Origin: Acidimicrobiia bacterium
GTDB taxonomy: Bacteria > Actinomycetota > Acidimicrobiia > IMCC26256 > PALSA-555
Assembly (NCBI GenBank): GCA_022865365.1
Contig: JALHSW010000244.1
Span: 1-37,367, forward strand
Direction of reading: 5' to 3'
Length of the DNA stretch: 37,367 nucleotides
Positions 8,699 to 18,793 of this stretch are shown here, piece by piece. The notes beneath the pieces were generated by a model. That model was not told where the DNA came from and made no database searches. It saw only the letters and a list, made by a program, of their open reading frames with translations. Made by a program: the position numbers and the translations under genes. The first letter of the stretch is position 1. The number at the start of each line of letters is the position of its first letter.

Positions 8699-9699
8699 CA
8701 GAGCCACTTCCTTCGTCGGAAGAACGCGTACATCGGTGCGCAGAGCACGAAGATCACCCCGACGATGATCAGGAAACCCTGGCGCCACGTCAGCTCGGGC
8801 GCGTCCTGGAAGTTCATGCCGAGCACGCCGGTGACCAGGGTTGCGACCAGGAAGATCGCGCCCCAGGCCGCGATGCGCTGCTGGACGAGGCTCATGCGGT
8901 TCGACGCGAGCGCGAGCTCGGCGTCGCGCAGACTGGTGAGGACATCGCGCTGGCTCTCCACGAAGTCCGAGACGCGGAGCACGTGGTCGGCGACGTCCTG
9001 GAAGTGCACGATTGCTATGTCATCGATGCAGGGGACCTCGCGCCGGACGATCTCCGAGACGACGTCGCGCAGGGGCACTGCGGCGCGCCGGAAGCGCACC
9101 AATGCCTTCCCGAGCGCGAACAGCTCCATGGGGCGCATCGCGCGCTCACGACCGCGATCGGCGTCGTCGGCGAGCACCGCCTCTTCGACGTCGTCGAGGC
9201 GCTCGTCGACCTGCTCGGTGACCGTGAAATAGCGATCTACGACGGTGTCGAGCAGGGCCCACAGCAGCAGTCCGACGTGGGCCTCGTTGTGCTGAGAACG
9301 CTGGAGCTCGAACGTGCGCCGGACGTGCTCGATCGGGAACTGCCCGGGGTCACCGTCTTCGGGTGCCTGGTGCACCGAGAGCAGCCACCCCGCGCCGAAG
9401 ACGATGTCGATCTCGCGGGCGCGCATCCCCGAGTCGTGCAGCACGCAGTCGTACACCGCGACGTGGAAGTGATCGCTGTAGTGGGCGAGCTTGGTGCGCT
9501 GGCCCGCCTTCGCGACGTCCTCCTGGGCGAACTCGTTGATGTCGAGCTGCGCCATGAGCGCTGCGAGCTCGGCAGAGTCGGGTTGCTCGCAGTCGATCCA
9601 GACGAGCCCGGTCTCGGCGTCGATGGCATCGGCCACTGCGTCGATCGCAACCGGGGTCGGTGTGCGCTTCGTGTGTTCGTAGCGCGAGACGCTGATCAT
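8698..9699 (-). CDS. corA: CorA-family Mg2+/Co2+ transporter
   Basis: GMN motif (VLGMNFQD) lies between two C-terminal TM helices, after a large acidic N-terminal domain. Start is ATG 9699; GTG 9738 is the longest alternative. Confidence 0.85.
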   Translation of the reverse strand: MISVSRYEHTKRTPTPVAIDAVADAIDAETGLVWIDCEQPDSAELAALMAQLDINEFAQEDVAKAGQRTKLAHYSDHFHVAVYDCVLHDSGMRAREIDIVFGAGWLLSVHQAPEDGDPGQFPIEHVRRTFELQRSQHNEAHVGLLLWALLDTVVDRYFTVTEQVDERLDDVEEAVLADDADRGRERAMRPMELFALGKALVRFRRAAVPLRDVVSEIVRREVPCIDDIAIVHFQDVADHVLRVSDFVESQRDVLTSLRDAELALASNRMSLVQQRIAAWGAIFLVATLVTGVLGMNFQDAPELTWRQGFLIIVGVIFVLCAPMYAFFRRRKWL

Positions 9700-9801
9700 C
9701 GACGTGAGCCTACGAGAGTCGCGGCGGGTACGATCCACCCTGCTGGGCCACCCGACTCATCCCACCCGACCGAAACCCTGCGACCGGAAGAGGACCTGCA
9801 C

Positions 9802-11082
<1,281 letters not shown>

Positions 11083-11092
11083 GGGTGGTCAC

Positions 11093-12145
11093 GTGAATCG
11101 GGGGTTGCGGCGCTTCCTGCGCCGTCGTGGTGCGACCGACCTCGAGATCGAGAACGCCGCGAGCGGAAGGTACCTCTCGCTGCTCGTACTCGACCGCGAG
11201 GTCGCGCCCGGCGCACGCCGCTACGCGATCGCCGAGCTCGCGGCCCGTGGTGGGACCGATCTGAAGACGGCGCGTGCCATCTGGCGGGCCATCGGGTTCC
11301 CTGACCTGCCTGCTGAGCTGCCCGCGTTCACCGACGCCGACGTGGCGACACTCCGCTCGTTCCTCGCGACGTTCGCGAATCCGTGGGTGCTCGACTGGTC
11401 GCTCGATCGCGCGCTGTCACAGGCGCGTGTCGTGAGTGCATCGCTCGCCCGCAGCGCCGACGCGGTCACCGACGACGTCGCGCTCTCCTTCCGAGACGCC
11501 CGAGCCGCTGACCTGGATGACGAGCAGCTCGCCGATCTGCTCGCGGAGCGGATCGACGTCGACGCGATCGTCGAGCTCGTGGGCCATGTCTTTCGCCTCC
11601 AGCTCCGAGCCGCGCTGTGGCGTCGCCTCGCGGGCGCCGATCCCGAGGCGCCCGGCACCGTGTCGGGCGCGATCGGCTTCGTGGACCTCGTCGGGTTCAC
11701 CGCCTTGTCGCAGGAGCTCGAGGAGGACGAGGTCGCGGCGTTGGTGGGGCGTTTCGGTGAGCTCGCCCACGACACCGTGGTCGGCGCCGGGGGTCGCATC
11801 GTGAAGACCATCGGTGACGAGGTGATGTTCGTCACCGACGTGCCGGCCACCGCGGCGTGGATCGCGATCCGGCTCACCGAGCGGTCAACCGGCGACGAGC
11901 TGCTCCCGGAGGCCCGGGCCGGGATCGCGTCGGGAGCGCTCGTGTCGCGCGACGGCGACTACTTCGGGCCCGTGGTGAACCTCGCGTCACGCCTGACCGA
12001 GATGGCCCGGCCGGGGACCGTGCTCGGGTCGGCCGAGCTCGCCATCGCCGTCGGGGACGATGCTCGCTTCAGGGTCCGGCGGATCCAGGCGCGACGCGTT
12101 CGTGACATCGGACGGGTCGATGTGTGCCGCATCGAGCGCGCGTAG
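11093..12145 (+). CDS. Class III adenylate/guanylate cyclase domain protein with a helical N-terminal domain of unknown function
   Basis: Catalytic-domain motifs GFVDLVGFTALS, KTIGDEVMF and GPVVNLASRL. GTG 11093 sits after GAGGGTGG and just past the ACAD stop (ORF-track start 11045 overlaps it). Confidence 0.8.
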   Translation: MNRGLRRFLRRRGATDLEIENAASGRYLSLLVLDREVAPGARRYAIAELAARGGTDLKTARAIWRAIGFPDLPAELPAFTDADVATLRSFLATFANPWVLDWSLDRALSQARVVSASLARSADAVTDDVALSFRDARAADLDDEQLADLLAERIDVDAIVELVGHVFRLQLRAALWRRLAGADPEAPGTVSGAIGFVDLVGFTALSQELEEDEVAALVGRFGELAHDTVVGAGGRIVKTIGDEVMFVTDVPATAAWIAIRLTERSTGDELLPEARAGIASGALVSRDGDYFGPVVNLASRLTEMARPGTVLGSAELAIAVGDDARFRVRRIQARRVRDIGRVDVCRIERA

Positions 12146-12151
12146 CAGGGC

Positions 12152-13654
12152 TCAGCGGTCACAACGTGCGCCGCGCTGTGGCAGGCGGCGGCGGAGCAGG
12201 TAGTCGTCGACGTAGTCGTCGACGCACTGGTTGCCCTGGCCATAGCCACCGTGCTGCGTGTCATCGATGGTCAGGACCCGTGCGCCGCCGAGCCGGTCGC
12301 GGAGGTCGACGGCCCCGACGTACGGCGTCGCGGGGTCGTGCGTCGTGCCGAGCACGAGCACCGGCGGCGCCTTCGTCGCGCGCACGTTGCCGAGGGTCTC
12401 CGTCGAGGCAGCGGTGGGGATGCGCGGATCACACCCGATCGGGGAGCCGGCGAGGATGGCGCCGAAGAACGGGAACTGTGCCGTGAGTCGGGCGTATGTC
12501 GCCTGATACTCGGCGAACGACACGCGGGGCTCGGGCACGTCGGCGCACACGATGAAGCCGATCGCCTCCTGGAAGTTGTTGAACGTGCCGTCGTCGCGTC
12601 GGCCGGTGTACGCGTCGTTGAGGAGCTGGAGGTACTTCCCGTCGTTCTTGCGGGCGGCATCGTGCAACGCCTGGCCGAGTACCGGCCACGCCGAACGCGA
12701 GTACAGGGCGGCGAGGAGCCCGGTGTAGAACTTGCTTGCGCCAACGGTTCGTCCACCGGGCGCGCGGACGGTGAGCCCAGCCTCGAACCGGTCGCGAAGG
12801 TGCGTGAGCGCGGCGCGCGGGTCGCCATCCGATTGGAAGGCGCATCCGCTGTCGGCTGCGCAGTCGGCGAGAAACGCGTCGAGCGCCCCCTCGAACCCGG
12901 CTGCGTTGCCGAGCTGGCGGTCCGAGGCGCTCTCCGTCAGATTCACCGCAGAGTCGAGTACCAGCGCGCGGACGTGCTCGGGGAAGTCCTGGGCGTAGAC
13001 CGCGCCGAGCACGGTGCCGTAGGAGTATCCGACGAAGGTGAGGCGGCGCTCGCCCAACGCTGCCCGCAGGCGGTCGAGGTCCCGCGCGACGTTTCGTGTC
13101 CCCACGTGAGCGAGCCAATCACCCTGATTCGCGACGCACGTGGCGACGAGGTCGACCGAGGTGGCGCTCCCGTCGTAGAAGCGCGCAAGATCGGCCTCAC
13201 CGTTCGGCGTCCCGTCTTCGTTCCAGAGCCGTTCGAACGTCGCGTCGTCGACACAGTCGATCGGGCGCGAGCCGCCGGTCCCGCGCGGGTCGAAGGTCAC
13301 AAGATCGAACTCACGCCGGATCGCCTCGGGGATCGTCTCGGCAGCGAGTCGGAGCGTCTCGGTGCCGGGGTCGCCGGGCCCGCCGTAGTTGAAGACCAAC
13401 GAGCGGCGCCTTGCCCCGGGGTCGGTTGCCGGTTTTCGGGTCACCGCGATCGCGACCTGCTCGCCGTCGGGCGCCGAGTAGTCGACCGGGACTTCGAGGG
13501 TGGAGCACTCGAAGCCGTCGCCACAGTCGTGCCAGACGAGCGGCGCGGCTGCGTCGGTACCAGGATCGCTCGCGGCGCTCGCACCGGGCGCAATGAGCGC
13601 AAGGAGCGAGATGCACGCGCCGACAGTCAGGAGTCGGACTGCGGGGCGTGGCAC
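12152..13654 (-). CDS. Secreted alpha/beta-hydrolase, tripeptidyl-aminopeptidase (S33/TAP) type
   Basis: N-terminal signal peptide (LLTVGACISLLALIAPGASAAS), nucleophile elbow GYSYGT, and a C-terminal TAP-like region with conserved Cys. Confidence 0.8.
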   Translation of the reverse strand: MPRPAVRLLTVGACISLLALIAPGASAASDPGTDAAAPLVWHDCGDGFECSTLEVPVDYSAPDGEQVAIAVTRKPATDPGARRRSLVFNYGGPGDPGTETLRLAAETIPEAIRREFDLVTFDPRGTGGSRPIDCVDDATFERLWNEDGTPNGEADLARFYDGSATSVDLVATCVANQGDWLAHVGTRNVARDLDRLRAALGERRLTFVGYSYGTVLGAVYAQDFPEHVRALVLDSAVNLTESASDRQLGNAAGFEGALDAFLADCAADSGCAFQSDGDPRAALTHLRDRFEAGLTVRAPGGRTVGASKFYTGLLAALYSRSAWPVLGQALHDAARKNDGKYLQLLNDAYTGRRDDGTFNNFQEAIGFIVCADVPEPRVSFAEYQATYARLTAQFPFFGAILAGSPIGCDPRIPTAASTETLGNVRATKAPPVLVLGTTHDPATPYVGAVDLRDRLGGARVLTIDDTQHGGYGQGNQCVDDYVDDYLLRRRLPQRGARCDR

Positions 13655-13700
13655 CGGTCGACTGTATCGGGAGTCGAACGGCCCGATAACGTCACCCCGG

Positions 13701-14642
13701 ATGAAGGCACCTGACCAGCCCCGAGACGACCGGCCACGAGATCAGGAGGGAAACCGACTCTCGGTGCTCACGGTGCATGCCCACCCCGACGACGAGGCGT
13801 CGAAGGGGAGCGCCACCATCGCGCGGTACCACGAGGAGGGCATCCACACGGTGCTGGTGTGCTGTACCGGTGGTGAAGCGGGTGACATCCTGAACCCCGT
13901 CGTCGACACGCCCGAGGTCCGCGAGAACCTCTACGAGGTGCGGATGCAGGAGCTGCGCGACGCGGCCGACGCCATCGGATATGACCGCCTGCACCTGCTC
14001 GGGTACCACGACTCGGGGATGCCCGACACCGAGGTGAACGCCCGACCCGACAACTTCGCGAACGCGCCACTCGACGAGGCGGTGAGTCGCCTCGTCGCGA
14101 TCATCCGGGCCGAGCGCCCGCAGGTCATCGTCACCTACGCAGACGACCGGAAGTTCTACCCACACCCCGACCACATCCGGGTGCACGAGATCTCGCTCCC
14201 GGCCTTCGCTGCCGCTGGCGACCCGGACCGGTTCCCCGCAGCCGGCGAGCCCTGGCAGCCGTCGAAGCTCTACTTCACAGGGTTCTCGCGACGACGCGTC
14301 CAGGCGTTGCACGACGAGTTCATCCGCCGCGGTGAGGAGAGCCCGTACGCGCGGTGGTTCGAGCACGGCTTCCCTGACGGCGATGGACGATTCACCACCT
14401 TCGTCGACGTCGGCGACTGGCTCTCGAACCGTCGCGCCGCGCTCCTCGCGCACCGCACCCAGGTCGACCCGGACGGCTTCTGGATGCGCCTCCCCGACAG
14501 CGCGATCCGCGAGATCTTCCCGTGGGATGAGTACATCTTGCAGGAGAGCCGGGTCGAGGAACTCGCACCCGGTGAGGTGGAGGACGATCTGTTCCTGGGG
14601 CTTCGCGTCGAGGTGCCAGCCGCTGCAGATCGACTGAGCTGA
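13701..14642 (+). CDS. mca: Mycothiol S-conjugate amidase / LmbE (PIG-L) family deacetylase
   Basis: VHAHPDDEASKGSATIARY..VLVCCTGGEAG matches the Mca/MshB metal-binding region as I recall it. ATG 13701; the upstream part of the track ORF is antisense to the peptidase gene. Confidence 0.75.
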   Translation: MKAPDQPRDDRPRDQEGNRLSVLTVHAHPDDEASKGSATIARYHEEGIHTVLVCCTGGEAGDILNPVVDTPEVRENLYEVRMQELRDAADAIGYDRLHLLGYHDSGMPDTEVNARPDNFANAPLDEAVSRLVAIIRAERPQVIVTYADDRKFYPHPDHIRVHEISLPAFAAAGDPDRFPAAGEPWQPSKLYFTGFSRRRVQALHDEFIRRGEESPYARWFEHGFPDGDGRFTTFVDVGDWLSNRRAALLAHRTQVDPDGFWMRLPDSAIREIFPWDEYILQESRVEELAPGEVEDDLFLGLRVEVPAAADRLS

Positions 14643-14651
14643 GGAGACAAC

Positions 14652-15038
14652 GTGGAGCAGTACCTGACCCAGGAATGGCTCGACCAGGGCCGCGAGCTCG
14701 CGAAGGAGCAGCCGGAACGCGCTGGCGCGTCGGCGAAGATGCAGTACGTCGTGACGGGCGGACCCGACGGTCCCATCAAGTACTACTGGGTGCTCGAGGA
14801 CGGCAAGCTGCTCGAGAGCCAGCTGGGCGTGATCGCGGACGCAGACTTCACGATGACGCTCACCTACGAGGATTCGGCTGCCGTCGCGCGGGGCGAGCTC
14901 GATGCCAACGCCGCGTTCATGCAGGGGCGGATGAAGGTCGCCGGGAACATGGGCAAGCTCATGCAGCTGATGCCGCTGACGCAGTCGGCGGAGTACCTGG
15001 CACTCCAGGAGCAGATCCGCACACTGACAACCTTCTGA
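14652..15038 (+). CDS. SCP2 sterol-binding-fold protein
   Basis: GELDANAAFMQGRMKVAGNMGKLMQL is the typical SCP2 C-terminal pattern. GTG start lies 9 nt after the mca stop, preceded by GAGGAG. Confidence 0.7.
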   Translation: MEQYLTQEWLDQGRELAKEQPERAGASAKMQYVVTGGPDGPIKYYWVLEDGKLLESQLGVIADADFTMTLTYEDSAAVARGELDANAAFMQGRMKVAGNMGKLMQLMPLTQSAEYLALQEQIRTLTTF

Positions 15039-15060
15039 GCGCTCGACTCAGCCCTGCGTA

Positions 15061-15885
15061 TCAGACTGGGTCGATGCGGAGCCGGTGCACCCGGAACGCA
15101 CGGTGCGCCACCGCGCCGGCCTTCGCGTAGAACGGTACCGGGGCCACCCACGCGATCTCTGCCACCGGCACGCCGAACGAGGTGGCGATGTCTTCGGCCA
15201 ACGCGGCGAGGATCGCGTGCCCGGTGCCGCCGTGGCGTCGGTGCGGATCGGTCGCCATTGGTCCGATCCAGGTGTGGCGGTTCACCGAGTGCGCGCCGAA
15301 CGCGATCGTCTCACCGCTCGCGTCGCGTGCCGCGAAGGTTGTGCCGCGTTCGATGCCGCGCGTGATCTCGTCCTCCCAGTTCGGGAACTCGCGCCGGGCG
15401 AGCTCGATCGCGCCGTCACCCGTCTCGCGCTCCACGGTGATCCCGGGGGGCGGCGCGGCGCGGTACGTGGTGGGGAGCGCCATGTTCAGGCCGTGGTCGT
15501 AGGCCTCGAACCCGAGGTCCTGGAAGAACGCGAGCGCCGCGGTCTGCGCGAGGTCGACACCCGGCCACACGTACCGTGGCGCAGCGTTGCCGGTATGGAT
15601 CTCGCGGACCCCGGCAGCGCGGCATCGCGTGGCCACCTCGTCGACAAGTGCGCGCCCGACACCGCGGCGACGGCGCTCGGGCGGAACGGCCGCGAGAAGG
15701 ATCCACGCGACCCCGACGCCACCGAAGTCACGTCGGAGCCACGCGATGGCGCCATCGCCGTCGCCGAGCACTTCGGCGCCGGGACCGAAGCAACACGTCT
15801 CGAGATCGGCGGCGGTCAGGCCCTCGCTCGGGAGTGCGCTCGCACACAGGGCTGCGAGCTCGTCGGGAGTCAGATCCGCGCTCAA
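15061..15885 (-). CDS. GNAT-family N-acetyltransferase with two GNAT-like halves (MshD-like architecture)
   Basis: Acetyl-CoA loop RRRGVGRALV in the first half and HRRHGGTGHAILAAL in the second. TTG start 15885 overlaps the upstream stop (TTGA). Confidence 0.7.
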   Translation of the reverse strand: MSADLTPDELAALCASALPSEGLTAADLETCCFGPGAEVLGDGDGAIAWLRRDFGGVGVAWILLAAVPPERRRRGVGRALVDEVATRCRAAGVREIHTGNAAPRYVWPGVDLAQTAALAFFQDLGFEAYDHGLNMALPTTYRAAPPPGITVERETGDGAIELARREFPNWEDEITRGIERGTTFAARDASGETIAFGAHSVNRHTWIGPMATDPHRRHGGTGHAILAALAEDIATSFGVPVAEIAWVAPVPFYAKAGAVAHRAFRVHRLRIDPV

Positions 15886-16715
15886 CGCGCGCGCTGGAGG
15901 TCGCGTAGCTCCCGGTAGCCGATGAGCGTCGCTCCGGCACGCTCGACGAGGTCGCGGAGCGACGGGTCGTTGCACAGGAACCCGTGGTCCTCGACGCGTC
16001 CGGCCCAGTCGGGGTGCGACGCGCGCAGCTCGTCGGTGTCGACGGCCGGGTGCAGGTACACCTCCGTCACCCCCGGCCCGAGTTCGAACAGCGCCTTTTC
16101 GACGTGCCGACGAGCCCCGACGCCCGAGTAGAGGACGAAATGATCGGGGAAGACGATGCCCTGGGCGGCCGCGAGGTCGCGGTAGGGGAAGCCCACGATC
16201 CGCTCCCCGCCGCTCGGCCCCATCCGCAGCGGCAGGTCGAAGTCGACCGCCAGCTCGAGGTAGGCGTCGAAGAAGTCGGCACGCAGCTGCAGGGTGCCCA
16301 TGTGGCTGTCGAGGTGGGTGACGTCGAAGCCCCAGAGGATCGCCCGCTCGATCTGGGCGTGCAGCTCGCGCCGCACCTCTTCGAGGTCGGCGTGGTCCCA
16401 GGTGTCCTCGATCGTGCGGGGGAACCCACCATCACCGTCGAGGAGGCTCGGTGCCTGGGTGATGGGCGCCCAGCGGTATGTCTCCCACTCGGCGTTCAGC
16501 GTGAGGTGCACGCCCACATCGTCACCGCGATATCCGGCGGCGGCGTCGCGCGCCCAGGGGCACGGGACCATGAGCGACGCGCTCGTGCCCAGTCCGGTGC
16601 GGAGTGCCTCGTACACCGCGACGTTCGCGGCGCGCGACGATCCGAGGTCGTCGCAATTGATGATGACGAGCTTCGCGTCGGACGCGTGTCCGAGTCGCTC
16701 CGCGAGCGTCGTCAT
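15882..16715 (-). CDS. ChbG/HpnK (YdjC) family carbohydrate deacetylase
   Basis: LVIINCDDLGSS and THLDSHMG motifs. GAGGAGG lies upstream of ATG 16715. The remainder of track ORF ..17105 is Arg-rich overlap with the thiolase gene. Confidence 0.75.
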   Translation of the reverse strand: MTTLAERLGHASDAKLVIINCDDLGSSRAANVAVYEALRTGLGTSASLMVPCPWARDAAAGYRGDDVGVHLTLNAEWETYRWAPITQAPSLLDGDGGFPRTIEDTWDHADLEEVRRELHAQIERAILWGFDVTHLDSHMGTLQLRADFFDAYLELAVDFDLPLRMGPSGGERIVGFPYRDLAAAQGIVFPDHFVLYSGVGARRHVEKALFELGPGVTEVYLHPAVDTDELRASHPDWAGRVEDHGFLCNDPSLRDLVERAGATLIGYRELRDLQRAR

Positions 16716-16756
16716 CGTCCGCCTCCTCAGGCTCCTCAGTCTCGGGCCAGGCAATC

Positions 16757-17947
16757 TCAGGCTAGGCGTTCGATGATGGTTCCGGACCCGAGGCCCCCAC
16801 CGCAGCACATCGTCACGAGCCCGAAGGTCGCGTCGGTGCGCTCGAGGTCGTGCAGTGCCGTGGTGATGAGTCGCGCGCCCGTAGCCCCGACCGGATGGCC
16901 AATCGCGATCGCGCCACCGTTCGGGTTGACGGCCTCCATGTCGGGAGCATGCTCGCGGGCCCAGGCCAGGACGACCGAGGCGAACGCCTCGTTGATCTCG
17001 ACCGTGTCGATGTCGGCCATCGAGAGCCCGGTGCGCTCGAACAGGCGATGGGTCGCGTCGATGGGACCCGTGAGCATCATGACGGGGTCGACGCCGACCA
17101 GGCACTGGTCGACGATGCGGGCGCGGGGGGTGAGCCCCAGCTCCTTCGCCCGCGCGAAAGAGGTCATCACCACGGCCGATGCCCCGTCGGTGATCTGCGA
17201 CGACGTACCCGCGGTGTGCACGCCGTCTTCTCGAGCGACGGGCTTGAGCTTCGCGAGCGCCTCGAGGGATGTGTCACGGAGCCCTTCATCACGGTCGACG
17301 CGATGCGTCGAGCCCGTGGGCTTGCCGTCCTCGTCGACGTCGGGCGCGTCGATCGGGACGACCTCGCGCTCGAAGCGCCCTTTCGACCACGCGCGCTGCG
17401 CTCGTTCCTGGGATGCCAGACCGAGTCGGTCGCAGTCGTCACGTGTGATGCTCCACTTCTCGGCGATCCGCTCGGCCGCTTCGAACTGCGTCGCGTACTC
17501 GTACTGCTCGAAGTACGTCTTCGGGATCGGCCGACCGGGGCCGTTCTTGACCGCGACACCGAGGGGAACGCGACTCATCGACTCCACCCCGCAGCCGACG
17601 GCGGCGTCGACGACGCCACCCGCGATGAGCGCCGCGGCAAAGTTCGTGGCCTGTTGCGACGAGCCGCACTGCGCGTCGACCGTCGTCGCCGCGACCGACA
17701 TCGGGAGGCCGGCGCCGAGCCACGCGGTGCGGGCGATGTCGAAGGTCTGCTCTCCGGTCTGGGTGACGCAGCCGCCGACGACCTGGCCGATGGCCGACGG
17801 GTCGATGCCGGCCTGCTGTACCGCTGCGCGTTGCACCGTCCCGAGGAGGTCGGCGGGATGAACGGTGGAGAGTCCGCCGTTACGTCGGCCGAGGGGCGAG
17901 CGGACGGCAGAGACGATGACGACATCAGAGTCGGCGAGCGGGCGCAT
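16757..17947 (-). CDS. Thiolase (acetyl-CoA C-acyltransferase) family protein
   Basis: Active-site Cys context VDAQCGSSQQA and C-terminal NPNGGAIAIGHPVGATGARL...MCCGGGLGSG. GGGAGG lies upstream of ATG. Confidence 0.9.
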   Translation of the reverse strand: MRPLADSDVVIVSAVRSPLGRRNGGLSTVHPADLLGTVQRAAVQQAGIDPSAIGQVVGGCVTQTGEQTFDIARTAWLGAGLPMSVAATTVDAQCGSSQQATNFAAALIAGGVVDAAVGCGVESMSRVPLGVAVKNGPGRPIPKTYFEQYEYATQFEAAERIAEKWSITRDDCDRLGLASQERAQRAWSKGRFEREVVPIDAPDVDEDGKPTGSTHRVDRDEGLRDTSLEALAKLKPVAREDGVHTAGTSSQITDGASAVVMTSFARAKELGLTPRARIVDQCLVGVDPVMMLTGPIDATHRLFERTGLSMADIDTVEINEAFASVVLAWAREHAPDMEAVNPNGGAIAIGHPVGATGARLITTALHDLERTDATFGLVTMCCGGGLGSGTIIERLA

Positions 17948-18018
17948 GAAGAGCCTCCCGGGGAGCGAGCGGGTGAGGTGACGACGGCGCGGATGGTACC
18001 GCCCTCTACGCTGGGTGC

Positions 18019-18786
18019 ATGCGGCCCCGACCCCTGACGGCTGGCGCGCTCGCGTGCCTCATGCTCGTGGCTGCATGTTCCGGTGGTGATAGCTCGTCGA
18101 CGACGTCGGCGACCAAGGCCGCCACCTCGGACTCCCGCGCGTCGGGCGGACCCGGGTGTCAGCACATCGTGGCCGGCACCGAGAAGCGATCGACCACCCC
18201 CGGTGAAGATCTCCAGTTCCTGACGAGCGCGATCGCGGAGCCCAAGACCTGCTACGACAAGATCACCTTCGAGTTCGACCCTGGCGACGGGCCGGATCTC
18301 CCGCCCGGGTACACCGTCGAGTACCGCAAGCCGCCGTTCGTGGAGGGCGTCCACACCTCGACCGAGGGGTTCAAGGAAGCGAAGTACGTGCTGTACGTCG
18401 AGATACGTCCCGCGTCCACCACGGACAACCGTTTCTCGGGTCGGGGGATCACGACGTACAAGGGCAACTTGCGCCTCGGTCTGCAGGGCATGGAGCACAG
18501 CGTCATTGTCGAGTGGCTCGACACGGCTCCGCCGTCGGTCCCCGAGTCGATCGCGCCAGCGTCGACGACCACCACGATCCCCCGCGGATCGGGGTCGACG
18601 TCGACGACATCGTCGACCGTGGCCCCGCCTGCGCCGCCCGCGCCACCGACCACCTCGACGACGCTGGCGCCCAACGACCCCGCGACCAGTCGGGTCGTGT
18701 GGCTCATCGGGCTCGACTCGAAGCGGCCCTTCACGGTCGACGCGTCCAACCAACCGCCAAAGGTCAGCGTCTTGATCATGCACTGA
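18019..18786 (+). CDS. Lipoprotein of unknown function with an internal Pro/Thr/Ser-rich insert
   Basis: Signal peptide plus lipobox LVAAC|SGG, beta-rich body (KITFEFDPG..YTVEYRK..YVLYVEIRP), and a low-complexity segment at about 18520-18692. Confidence 0.7.
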   Translation: MRPRPLTAGALACLMLVAACSGGDSSSTTSATKAATSDSRASGGPGCQHIVAGTEKRSTTPGEDLQFLTSAIAEPKTCYDKITFEFDPGDGPDLPPGYTVEYRKPPFVEGVHTSTEGFKEAKYVLYVEIRPASTTDNRFSGRGITTYKGNLRLGLQGMEHSVIVEWLDTAPPSVPESIAPASTTTTIPRGSGSTSTTSSTVAPPAPPAPPTTSTTLAPNDPATSRVVWLIGLDSKRPFTVDASNQPPKVSVLIMH

Positions 18787-18793
18787 CACGGCC

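Noticed and set aside
9748-9775. Another 14-bp-period near-repeat (ccacccgactcatc / ccacccgaccgaaa) upstream of corA
   Set aside because: Only 10 of 14 positions match, it does not include the corA start, and it forms no stop/start overlap ladder. It is too degenerate to count with the three clear cases.
9700-9801. Possible Mg2+ (M-box) riboswitch upstream of corA
   Set aside because: The divergent spacer is only about 60-100 nt, far shorter than an M-box aptamer, and no conserved M-box helices are recognisable.
12251-13714. 487-aa plus-strand ORF opposite the secreted peptidase gene (and nested ORFs at 12429..13118 and 12271..12828)
   Set aside because: It is antisense to an ORF with a signal peptide and a GxSxG motif, and its translation is Arg/Gly/Val/Glu-rich without motifs.
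15984-17861. 625-aa plus-strand ORF
   Set aside because: It is antisense to the ChbG-like and thiolase genes and has a low-complexity Ser/Arg/Ala/Pro translation.
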